Below are positions 29,805-38,372 of a DNA stretch of 64,000 nt, piece after piece. Source of the stretch: a virus; IMG/VR virus record IMGVR_UViG_3300035181_002522, positions 32,001 through 96,000 of that record; one strand, written 5' to 3'. Made by a program: the position numbers and the translations under genes. The stretch's first letter is position 1; each line of letters starts with the position of its first letter. The notes beneath the pieces were generated by a model. The model had not been told where the DNA came from and did not search any database. It saw nothing but the letters and a program-made list of their open reading frames with translations.

Positions 29805-31222
29805 GAACTGCTACGAAAACTGACAGACTAAGGGTCTTGTCTCTGTCTCTGCGCGCTTATCTTCAGCTTTTCAAAAACGTAGCACTCATAAAAGGAGATT
29901 TAATTGCCTCTTTTTTATGAACTAATGAAGTACTATGAAAACTGACAGACTAAGGGTCTTGTCTGCGTCTCTGCGCGCTTATCTTCAGCTTTTCAAAAAC
30001 GTAGCCTTTATGAAATTCACTTCTATGCAATTTTAAAATTCAGCAAATAGGTTCATTTATAATTTCAATTAAAATTGCACAGAAGTGACCTGCGTCATTC
30101 AGATCAATCAAATTTCTTTTTTTCTTTTTGACTTATCTAGCATCATCTTTGTCTTTTTCCAAAACATAGCGTTTTTGAAAAGACGGATTATTTTGCCCTC
30201 TTTTTGTATCGATGAACTACTACGAAAACTGACAGACTAAGGGTCTTGTCTCTGTCTCTGCGCGCTTATCTTCAGCTTTTCAAAAACGTAGCACTCATAA
30301 AAGGAGACTTAATTTTCTCTTTTTTGTATCAGGGGAACTGCTACGAAAACTGACAGACTAAGGGTCTTGTCTGCGTCTCTGCGCATTTCTTTTTTCGTCT
30401 TTTTAAAAACGTAGCGTTCATGAAATTCACTTCTGTGCAATTTTAAAATTCAACAAATAGGTTCATTTATAATTTCAATTAAAATTCAACAGGGGTGACC
30501 TGCGTCATTCAGATCAATCAAATTTCTTTTTTTCTTTTTGACTTGTCTCGCATCATCTTTGTCTTTTTCCAAAACGTAGCGTTTTTTGTGAACTACTACG
30601 AAAACTGACAGACTAAGGGTCTTGTCTCTGTCTCTGCGCGCTTATCTTCAGCTTTTCAAAAACGTAGCACTCATAAAAGGAGATTTAATTGCCTCTTTTT
30701 TGGGACCAATGAACTGCTATGAAAACTGACAGACTAAGGGTCTTGTCTCGCTTGCAAATATTCTCTCTCTCGTCTTTTCAAAAACGTAGCCTTTTTAAAA
30801 ATCACTTCTGTGCTATTTTAAAATTCAGCAAATAGGTTCATTCATAATTTCAATCAAAATTCAACAGGGGTGACCTGTGTCATTCAGATCAATTGAATTT
30901 CTTTTTTTCTATTTTAACTTGTCTCGCTTGCAAATATTTCTCTCAGCTTTTTCCAAAATGCAGTGTTTTTGTGAACTGCTATGAAAACTGACAGACTAAG
31001 GGTCTTGTCTCTGTCTCGCAATTTCTTTTTTCGTCTTTTTGAAAACGTAGCACTCATAAAAAAAGAGACAATTAAGTCTCTTTTTTTTGAACTAATGAAG
31101 TACTACGAAAAAGGAGATTTAATTGCCTCTTTTTTGTATCAGCGAACTGCTACGAAAACTGACAGACTAAGGGTCTTGTCTGCGTCTCTGCGCATTTCTC
31201 TCAGCTTTTTTAAAAACGTAGC
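29805..31222. repeat. Hierarchical non-coding repeat array
   Basis: GAAAACTGACAGACTAAGGGTCTTGTCT starts at 29815, 29937, 30224, 30345, 30600, 30721, 30983 and 31154. Higher-order period is 376-409 bp. Confidence 0.95.
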
Positions 31223-31393
31223 CTTTCCTCATCGTTGTGTCCTAAATGACATCATTTAGCCAGTGATAAATAATTTACAATTTAATAAATTGCGTTTAGT
31301 GATGATTTAAATTGTAGTAATAGGTTCACATATCATTTAAATTAAAATTTAACTGAGGTGATCAGCTTCATTCAGAACAAATAAACTACACCT

Positions 31394-32101
31394 ATGAATA
31401 AATTTATTTTTACAATTTTAACATGTTTAAGCCTCAGTTCAGCATATGGATGTACGGAGGTTGATGAGCAGTTTTTACCAAAGCAAAACATTTCAACGAT
31501 TGATTTATGCAGGACAGACTATCAGGTTGCATATTCACTTGAGCTAAAAAGTCCGATATGGGTTGGAGAAACATTAACGGCTGAAGAGATTAGTGCCGCT
31601 ATAGTTCGCGTCAATATGTTTAGGGCCGACCCAACTTTAAATCATGGCGAACGCGCGGAATTGGCTGATTATTCAGATAGTGGATACGATCGAGGTCATT
31701 TATTCTCGGCTTTAGATTCAAGCTCTGAAAAGGCTATGGAAGAAAGTTTTTATTTGTCAAATATGGTTCCACAGTTGCCAGCAAATAATCGTGGCATTTG
31801 GAATCAGTTAGAGCGTAGAGTTCGAGACATGGCGGTTAAACAGAGAAAATTAATTATTTTTTCAGGACCAGTTTTTGTGAGAGATAATCGGACAATTGGC
31901 GATAATCATATTCCAGTTCCGATGGATTTGTTCAAGGTAATTTACGACCCAGCCACTCAAACCGTTTTAACTTTCATTATCCCAAATCAAAAAGTTTCAA
32001 ATTTTAAGCATTATGTCTCTAATTTAAAAACCTTAGCTGAAAAAACTGGATTGACCTTTTTTGCCGGTCAACCAGTTAAAGAACTTAATTATATTAACTA
32101 G
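31394..32101 (+). CDS. DNA/RNA non-specific endonuclease (NucA/Serratia type) with signal peptide
   Basis: GYDRGH, SFYLSNMVPQ, NRGIWNQLE, GPVF, IPVP..LFKV; hydrophobic N-terminus. Confidence 0.9.
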   Translation: MNKFIFTILTCLSLSSAYGCTEVDEQFLPKQNISTIDLCRTDYQVAYSLELKSPIWVGETLTAEEISAAIVRVNMFRADPTLNHGERAELADYSDSGYDRGHLFSALDSSSEKAMEESFYLSNMVPQLPANNRGIWNQLERRVRDMAVKQRKLIIFSGPVFVRDNRTIGDNHIPVPMDLFKVIYDPATQTVLTFIIPNQKVSNFKHYVSNLKTLAEKTGLTFFAGQPVKELNYIN

Positions 32102-32495
32102 GACGTTGATTAATATTAATCTGACGGGAGCGCTCATTCGTAATACCATCGATGTTAACATTTCTAATATAGAAAGTTCCATCACCATGAGCAGTTCCAG
32201 TAAAAACGATATTTTTAACTATTAGATTACAATAAAGATTTCTACCTTCTTGTTCAGTCGCGTATTCCTCAATCGCTTTAATTTTTACTAAGAACAACTT
32301 ATTAAGAGCCTCACTAACTTGCTCTAAATGCTTATATGATGGAAGCTTTTGAAGGTCTGGAGCAAATTGGTCAATTACGATGTCTACCTTAATTGGAATA
32401 GCTCTAGCATATAGAGAACTATTAATTGAGTCAACTAGATGCTGGCAATAAATGTAGGCTTCAGCCAATGAATGAAATGCTGTCATAGAATTCAA
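32094..32495 (-). CDS. Hypothetical protein
   Basis: 133-aa ORF. Confidence 0.5.
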   Translation of the reverse strand: MNSMTAFHSLAEAYIYCQHLVDSINSSLYARAIPIKVDIVIDQFAPDLQKLPSYKHLEQVSEALNKLFLVKIKAIEEYATEQEGRNLYCNLIVKNIVFTGTAHGDGTFYIRNVNIDGITNERSRQININQRPS

Positions 32496-32529
32496 AAATA
32501 GAGTTAGTTTAAACTAACTCTATTTAATC

Positions 32530-32826
32530 TTAACTTAAATCTGTTTCAAATTCCATGGATGAAAACCATTCTTCTGTATCTGCTCTAAGCTTAGTTTCAG
32601 CTTCATAACTTACGTGCGCGTTCAGTTCTTCAAGTTCACGTAAAATTTCAGTTAATAAAATTTCAGGTATTGGTTTGTCAAGAGTTTTACTTAGTTCAAA
32701 TAGAACTGTTAATTCAATATCATCTTCAAAGGTAAAAACTTCAGGAGTGAATAATTTTAGCTTGATGTTGATGATATTGTCATTTGACAATATTGAATAA
32801 TCGACTTGCGAGTGCTTCATTACCAA
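32530..32826 (-). CDS. Hypothetical acidic protein
   Basis: 98-aa ORF in a - strand operon. Confidence 0.55.
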   Translation of the reverse strand: MVMKHSQVDYSILSNDNIINIKLKLFTPEVFTFEDDIELTVLFELSKTLDKPIPEILLTEILRELEELNAHVSYEAETKLRADTEEWFSSMEFETDLS

Positions 32827-33239
32827 CTCCCGTAATCAGTAATATCTTCAATGGCTCCACATTCGCATGTAGCATATACGTTTTGACCAATTCCACTTTC
32901 AGAGGAAACATCGAAAGAAATTTTAAGAAAATTAAGCTCTGCACCAGCTGCTACCTCAGTACAAACCTTAGTGTGTTTTTTGAGCCAGTTTGCCACTGAT
33001 AATATCTCTGTAACGCTTAACGCTAATTTAGTTTCAATACTGACTTTGGGGGTATGTGTTTTCATTTTGAACTTTGTTGTGAATGGTATAGCGCCAATCA
33101 CATAGTTAGGGTAAGCTTTGTGAATAGCGCTATTTAAAGTGTTAACATCAAGTGAAAGCACAATGGCTTGAGTAGACACATCTATTATGTCTATCAAGCC
33201 AGGTTGTACCTCATTGATTTTCCAAGTTAATTCTGGCAT
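32820..33239 (-). CDS. Hypothetical protein
   Basis: C-terminal SGIG...ATCECG..EDITDYGSW phage motif. Confidence 0.65.
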   Translation of the reverse strand: MPELTWKINEVQPGLIDIIDVSTQAIVLSLDVNTLNSAIHKAYPNYVIGAIPFTTKFKMKTHTPKVSIETKLALSVTEILSVANWLKKHTKVCTEVAAGAELNFLKISFDVSSESGIGQNVYATCECGAIEDITDYGSW

Positions 33240-33245
33240 TTTCTT

Positions 33246-34010
33246 CTATTGTGTATTGTATGCCCTTATTATATCTCTAACTATGCCATGGCGTACAATA
33301 TCTTCTTCTTTAAACTCAACAAATCCAACATTAGCAACATTTCGCATACGATATAGCGCGTCTCGCAGGCCGGAGGTTCCACTAAGATCACACTGTTCTA
33401 AATCTCCATCAATGATAACTTTACAATTTTCATTAATTCTCGTCAAAAACATTTTCATTTGCTCAGGAGTTGTATTTTGAGCTTCATCTAAAATTACCAC
33501 GCAATCATTAAAGTTTGAGCCACGCATGAACGATAATGGCTTTGCGATAATTTGACCATGTGTCATGAAATAATTTACTTGGGATTTACCTAAGCGTTTA
33601 TTAAAGACATCTCTAAATGGCTCAATATATGGTTCATACTTTTCTTCAAGTTCGCCAGGTAAGAAACCAAAACTTTCACCACACTCTACAGCTGGGCGAG
33701 TAATAATGATACGCTCGATTTCACCATCTCTAAGCCGCTCAGCCGCGTGGGCCGCCGCAACAAAGGTTTTTCCAGTACCGGCTGGTCCTGTAGCAAATGT
33801 AATTACGTTATTTTTGATGAGCTGTAAATAAAGCTCTTGACGAGGAGTTAAAGCTTTTAAAGGCTTTACCTCTTTTTTGACTTGACTGATAGGTTGGAAG
33901 AATTCGTCATTTGAGAATTCTTCTGGTCTTAAGTGCAATTTTTGTTTATCCTTTCTTCTCTCCGATCTTATTTCACGTCTTGCGATTTTTCTAGATTGTG
34001 AGTTTTTCAT
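33246..34010 (-). CDS. phoH: PhoH-like ATPase
   Basis: GPAGTGKT, TRPAVE.GE..GFLPG, PLSFMRG, ILDEAQN, GD.EQ.DL, DIVRH. Confidence 0.95.
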   Translation of the reverse strand: MKNSQSRKIARREIRSERRKDKQKLHLRPEEFSNDEFFQPISQVKKEVKPLKALTPRQELYLQLIKNNVITFATGPAGTGKTFVAAAHAAERLRDGEIERIIITRPAVECGESFGFLPGELEEKYEPYIEPFRDVFNKRLGKSQVNYFMTHGQIIAKPLSFMRGSNFNDCVVILDEAQNTTPEQMKMFLTRINENCKVIIDGDLEQCDLSGTSGLRDALYRMRNVANVGFVEFKEEDIVRHGIVRDIIRAYNTQ

Positions 34011-34230
34011 AGCTTTCCTTTACTGAGTTAATGTTCCTCTACCCTCCATACCACCGAGGGTAGAGATCGAGTTTCAGTTATCAGTTCCATCTATAGTCAG
34101 CTAATATTATTTACAAGTTTTACGCTTAAACCTTCCCTTCAGAAATCAATTTTCAAATGAGCATTAACTAACGCCCTTGCTCTAGCGTTATCTTTAGCCC
34201 TCTCTGGCTCTGCAATACAAAGAGCCTTAT

Positions 34231-34515
34231 TTACTTTTGGTGCAATGTAGATAATGATGGCTCTATCTTTATTACTTCGAATTGCTTGTGAAATAGAAAA
34301 TCCAGTTTCAGCAAGAGAGACCCATTACCAAAAGTTTCAGCGGTAACTTGGAACAAGATAATTTCATCATTCACTAAATGCTCAACTTCAACATCAGCAA
34401 GCTTAGGGGGTCCAATCAGCAACTTGAGGGTTAAAATAATTAATTTGCAGTCGATCGTAATTGGATATAAACTCATCATACCATTTGCTACAACCACATG
34501 CTCCAAATAAACCAA
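34231..34515 (-). CDS. Hypothetical protein
   Basis: 94-aa ORF; start uncertain. Confidence 0.35.
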   Translation of the reverse strand: MVYLEHVVVANGMMSLYPITIDCKLIILTLKLLIGPPKLADVEVEHLVNDEIILFQVTAETFGNGSLLLKLDFLFHKQFEVIKIEPSLSTLHQK

Positions 34516-34526
34516 TTGTAGACATG

Positions 34527-34808
34527 TTATTCCTTTTTAATGGGGTTGATTGCAGTAGGCTGTTGAGTGCCTGAAGTAAGCTTAGCAGCTAGTTCTTTCA
34601 TTGCATCATTTCTGCCTTGATTATAGGCATTATTCAACAAAAATGTTACTTTATCAGCTTCATCACTGTCATAAAGCTCAATTACGACATTGGCCTCAGC
34701 TGCTTTTCGATAATTGACATCATTACCATTAGCAACATAAATTTCAACAAACCCATTAGCCACATTAGCAATGGCACGCAAGATTGTTAAAGCAGAAAAA
34801 TCTGCCAT
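34527..34808 (-). CDS. Hypothetical protein
   Basis: Start MADFSAL at 34808 is likely; the longer ORF-track extension overlaps a terminator hairpin. Confidence 0.6.
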   Translation of the reverse strand: MADFSALTILRAIANVANGFVEIYVANGNDVNYRKAAEANVVIELYDSDEADKVTFLLNNAYNQGRNDAMKELAAKLTSGTQQPTAINPIKKE

Positions 34809-34834
34809 AAGAATTCCAAATAAAAAAAGGGGGG

Positions 34835-34863
34835 TAAAAAGATAGGGAGGCATTGCACCTCCC
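34835..34863 (-). terminator. Intrinsic terminator after the vWA gene
   Basis: GGGAGG-tgcaatg-CCTCCC followed by TATCTTTTT on the - strand. Confidence 0.55.
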
Positions 34864-34885
34864 ATTAAGCTAGGAGAACAAACGA

Positions 34886-35992
34886 TTATTGAGCTGATTT
34901 GCCTTCTTTAAAGGCATGACCAACATTGGCCCAGTAAAGTACTTCAGTATTGACCGGAAGTTTACGATTTACAGAGGTAGATTGGATAAAAATTTCCCAA
35001 TCGCCAAGCGTTCCAGGGCGAACTTTTGCATCGCCATAACGTGGTAGACCAATCAGGTCTCTGGCGGCTTGGCCAGAATAAACTACCCCGGTATTTTTAT
35101 CGCGGATGATGACCAACTTACTGTCTTGAACTTTATCAGCTGATTTTTTACCGGCCACCAATTTGTAAAAAGCACCACCCTTTAACATTGGAGCTCCAAG
35201 TTTATGCTCGACGAACTCGCGAATTAAAGCACCTTCAGCTTCAGTCTGAACCGTCCAAATTTTAATTTGGCTGGAGATGTCGACCAATTGAGCTCTAACT
35301 TCGTCTTTTGACAAGTTTTTGATATCGGCATAGAAAGATTTTGTTGCCGTTTTACCTGTCGATCTTGCGGTAAAATAGCTTGAGACAGCCACGTTGGTTG
35401 AGGTTGAAGATTGTTCCATGCCACGAACTGAAGTTTCCCATTCTTCGATGTTACCGTTATAAAGGTTCAAACTTCTTACCAAGTTGCGAGCGTAGCCACG
35501 TGGTACCCTAAAGGTAAAGGTCCAACGGTCCGTAGCCTGAAGTTCTTTAATCTTGTTTGCAAGGTTGAATGCTGACCAATTGGCTGATGAATTTTCTTCA
35601 CCATCAGTAACGATCAACAGCAAAAAGGCAGTGTTTGGGTCATTAGCATATGGCAGCTTTTGAAATGATTCAATCAGCAAGCCAACGCTGTCATAAAGTG
35701 GAGTGCCATAACCATTTGCTTCATAGCTTTGAGGTTCAATTGTATTGATGCCAGTGATTGATGAACCATTGACAACTAGGCGGGCATTTCGAGTACTGCC
35801 ATAGCCACATTCGGCGACTGACACGATAACGTCTTGGTTGAATTCGATTGCATTTTGTTTGAATGATGATACAAGACCATTGTAGTCTTTTGCGGCGGCT
35901 GAAGCGATAGCGCGCATTGAAGCTGAGTGGTCACGTACAATACCGATAACGGTACGAATTGTTGGATTTTGTTCTGTCATAAAAGTTTCCAA
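34886..35992 (-). CDS. von Willebrand factor A domain protein
   Basis: MIDAS-like DHSASM, GTPLYD, IVTDGEENSS. Confidence 0.85.
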   Translation of the reverse strand: METFMTEQNPTIRTVIGIVRDHSASMRAIASAAAKDYNGLVSSFKQNAIEFNQDVIVSVAECGYGSTRNARLVVNGSSITGINTIEPQSYEANGYGTPLYDSVGLLIESFQKLPYANDPNTAFLLLIVTDGEENSSANWSAFNLANKIKELQATDRWTFTFRVPRGYARNLVRSLNLYNGNIEEWETSVRGMEQSSTSTNVAVSSYFTARSTGKTATKSFYADIKNLSKDEVRAQLVDISSQIKIWTVQTEAEGALIREFVEHKLGAPMLKGGAFYKLVAGKKSADKVQDSKLVIIRDKNTGVVYSGQAARDLIGLPRYGDAKVRPGTLGDWEIFIQSTSVNRKLPVNTEVLYWANVGHAFKEGKSAQ

Positions 35993-36014
35993 AGATAAAG
36001 CATTAAAAATAAAG

Positions 36015-36294
36015 TTAAAATAGCTTGCGCTTATCTATTTATAGATAAAATTATAGTGCCAAACATCTATTTTGTCATATTCGTTAAGCTCATATTTCTT
36101 ACTTTTGAACCAAACTTCAATTTGGTCGTGAGCGATATGACCTCTTAATATTAGAATTTTAAGCACGTTAAGCAGTGTATCAGACCCAATTCTAATTGGG
36201 GTTCTGGTGTATTGATAACAGATAACATAAAGTCAAATGCTTTATCATCTGGCACAGTGATACCATTAATTTGGTCACAAATTACGATTAACAT
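36015..36294 (-). pseudogene. Frameshifted third paralogue of the 36.5-37.2 kb pair
   Basis: MLIVICDQINGITVPDDK..., then in another frame IRIGSDTLLNVLKILILRGHIAHDQIEVWFK; aligns with both neighbours. Confidence 0.6.
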
Positions 36295-36504
36295 TACTTC
36301 ATAATCCAGGCTCGTTGAGAGGTATAATTATGAATCTTAAGAGCCTATGCTACTTTGTACAATGTCAAAGCCATGAGAGGATGAGTAATTATATCATAGA
36401 TTAAAGCCCAACCTAAGCGTTCTTCGTAGTGTACGCAGTATTGATTGGGGGTCTAACTTCATTTTTTCACCACTTTAAAATGCAAAGGCTGTTTAGTTGG
36501 GCGC

Positions 36505-36852
36505 TCATTGTGCAATATCCTCTTGAGTGTTAAGTAGAGTTAAATTAGCTCTACGAAATTTTAACAACCGATGAACCAACCGCGTTTGTAAATCGCAAAA
36601 CCCAGGTTGTGGATTAACTAAATCACCATTTTTAAGGTGCTGTACTTGTTTACCATTATACCAAAATTCTACATTTGATGGGTCCAAATTCCCTTCGGCA
36701 ATTTCCGCCCTAAAAGCTAGTATAAGTAATTCTGAACCAACGGTGACTTTAGCATTTCTGCTATGGTTGACAATGTAGCTCTCAACAAAGCTTTCGACAT
36801 CTGCATCTGGCACAATTTGCCCATGCTCTGGGTCATACACAATTTTGAACAT
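36505..36852 (-). CDS. DUF3696-like small protein
   Basis: VYDP.HG..VPD...VTVGSELLILAFRAEIAEG...KNGDL...PGFCD. Confidence 0.6.
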   Translation of the reverse strand: MFKIVYDPEHGQIVPDADVESFVESYIVNHSRNAKVTVGSELLILAFRAEIAEGNLDPSNVEFWYNGKQVQHLKNGDLVNPQPGFCDLQTRLVHRLLKFRRANLTLLNTQEDIAQ

Positions 36853-36884
36853 AATTACCTCACTAAAATTTTATTCTATCACAA

Positions 36885-37190
36885 TCAGAAAAGATTAATT
36901 AAACATTCTTCGTAGTAGTCACAGAAGCCTTCGGGCCATTGACTGAGCTTGCCTTTTTTGTCTGGTTGTAAAATAGTATCTTTGAATTTGATGATAACTT
37001 TTGTATGGTCGATGATGCCTTTATTAATTGCAACACGAACTCTCTGAATAAAGAGTTCGGTACTAACAGTGACGGTAAGGTCTTCTTGGTTTGCTTTTTC
37101 TACGATGGCGTAAACTACCTCTTTTGTTTTACCATCAGGATAGGCATCACCTTCAATTGGGTCGTAAATCACCGTCAACATTTTATTCAC
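36885..37190 (-). CDS. DUF3696-like small protein
   Basis: STELFIQRVRVAINKGIID...DKKGKLSQWPEGFCD. Confidence 0.65.
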   Translation of the reverse strand: MNKMLTVIYDPIEGDAYPDGKTKEVVYAIVEKANQEDLTVTVSTELFIQRVRVAINKGIIDHTKVIIKFKDTILQPDKKGKLSQWPEGFCDYYEECLINLF

Positions 37191-37362
37191 CTTTAATCAA
37201 CAGTTTGAGCTCTTTGCGGTTGATTGGATTACCATCTAAAAAGTATTCATCGCCAGCCATACTGAAGCGACCATGACTTGTAGTAAGGTACATCCCATTA
37301 AATTGGATGATGCTTATTCCAGCTTTATGAAACAAATTTTTCAATTGAGTTAAGTTGTGCAT

Positions 37363-37587
37363 TTATTCAGCCTCGGCGTGTTCATCATTGCAATCAGCAT
37401 ATCCATTGTTGTAGCCAAGCTCAATCAAGAATCTTGCCGCTTCAATATCGACTTGTGTAAGTTTGTCAAATGCTGAAATTGCTTTGGCTTTTAACTCTTC
37501 ATTGTCATTTTGTGTCCAATGAATGTATGAATAAACTTCATGAAATTCAGGATTTGCAGCCATGTCAATCTCCAATATTTTCAGCAT
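37363..37587 (-). CDS. Hypothetical early protein
   Basis: 74-aa ORF directly after an early-type promoter; alternative start at 37563 has a GGAG RBS. Confidence 0.55.
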   Translation of the reverse strand: MLKILEIDMAANPEFHEVYSYIHWTQNDNEELKAKAISAFDKLTQVDIEAARFLIELGYNNGYADCNDEHAEAE

Positions 37588-37593
37588 GGAGAT

Positions 37594-37622
37594 ATCTTAA
37601 CACCTTTTTAGCTTTTGTAAAC
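37594..37622 (-). promoter_or_regulatory. T4 early-type promoter
   Basis: GTTTAC-N17-TAAGAT with an extended -10 TG and an A-rich upstream tract. Confidence 0.65.
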
Positions 37623-37987
37623 TTTATTTTTGATAACTGATTAACAGTTTGGGACTATCCATTGTATAAAAAGTGTGATATTATAGAAGATACTCCGACG
37701 GTCACCACTTAAGAGAGAACTATTGTATTGAGTGGTGTCATTATAGATTTTTTAAAAATTGGAATCAATTGCAAGAATGGCATCATATTTGGGATGCTAG
37801 TTACAGTAGAATGTGCTGGAACCCTGAGTTGCTGTCATATAAAAAGGCGGATTGCATTAGTCGAAACATTAAAAGTTGAAGAATATTATGTTGAACAGTG
37901 AAAGATTAGGGATAAGTTGGTAACAGCACGTAAAGATTATCTGGAAAAAACTCAACCGGAACAAATAAGAAACATTATTGGAGATTA

Positions 37988-38323
37988 ATGGTGAACCCTG
38001 TTAAAATCAATGACATATTTCACTATCAAAAGTCTTACTATAAGGTCATTTCAGTTAAACAAATTAATCAATTTACTAAACACGAATTTTATAATGTTAT
38101 AAAGTGCAATAAAAACGGAGTTGAATTTTCAACAAAAACTAACTTTATCGCATCATTTGTAGAAAAGGCAGAGCGCTGGCGAGCTATCAAAAATGAAAAA
38201 GCATCGATGGCTAATAAAGACATCGGGGAAATGAAGCGACGAGTAAATTATCTAAAAGGCAAAATTAAAGTTTATTCTGAAGAACTTGCTGAACTTGAAG
38301 AACAGTTAAATTCAAGGCAATAA
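37988..38323 (+). CDS. Hypothetical protein with C-terminal coiled coil
   Basis: 111 aa; GGAG RBS. Confidence 0.6.
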   Translation: MVNPVKINDIFHYQKSYYKVISVKQINQFTKHEFYNVIKCNKNGVEFSTKTNFIASFVEKAERWRAIKNEKASMANKDIGEMKRRVNYLKGKIKVYSEELAELEEQLNSRQ

Positions 38324-38347
38324 AAAACCCGCCGAAGCGGGTTTTTT
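38322..38347. terminator. Bidirectional intrinsic terminator after the major capsid gene
   Basis: AAAAAACCCGC-cgaa-GCGGGTTTTTT. Confidence 0.85.
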
Positions 38348-38372
38348 GAACTTACTAACTTACGACTAACTA

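Noticed and set aside
29805-31222. CRISPR array
   Set aside because: The sequences between the 28-nt cores are long (>90 nt) and are themselves repeats rather than unique spacers; no cas genes are in the window.
30981-31259. 92-aa ORF
   Set aside because: Lies almost entirely within the repeat array and simply translates the repeat; other copies are not open.
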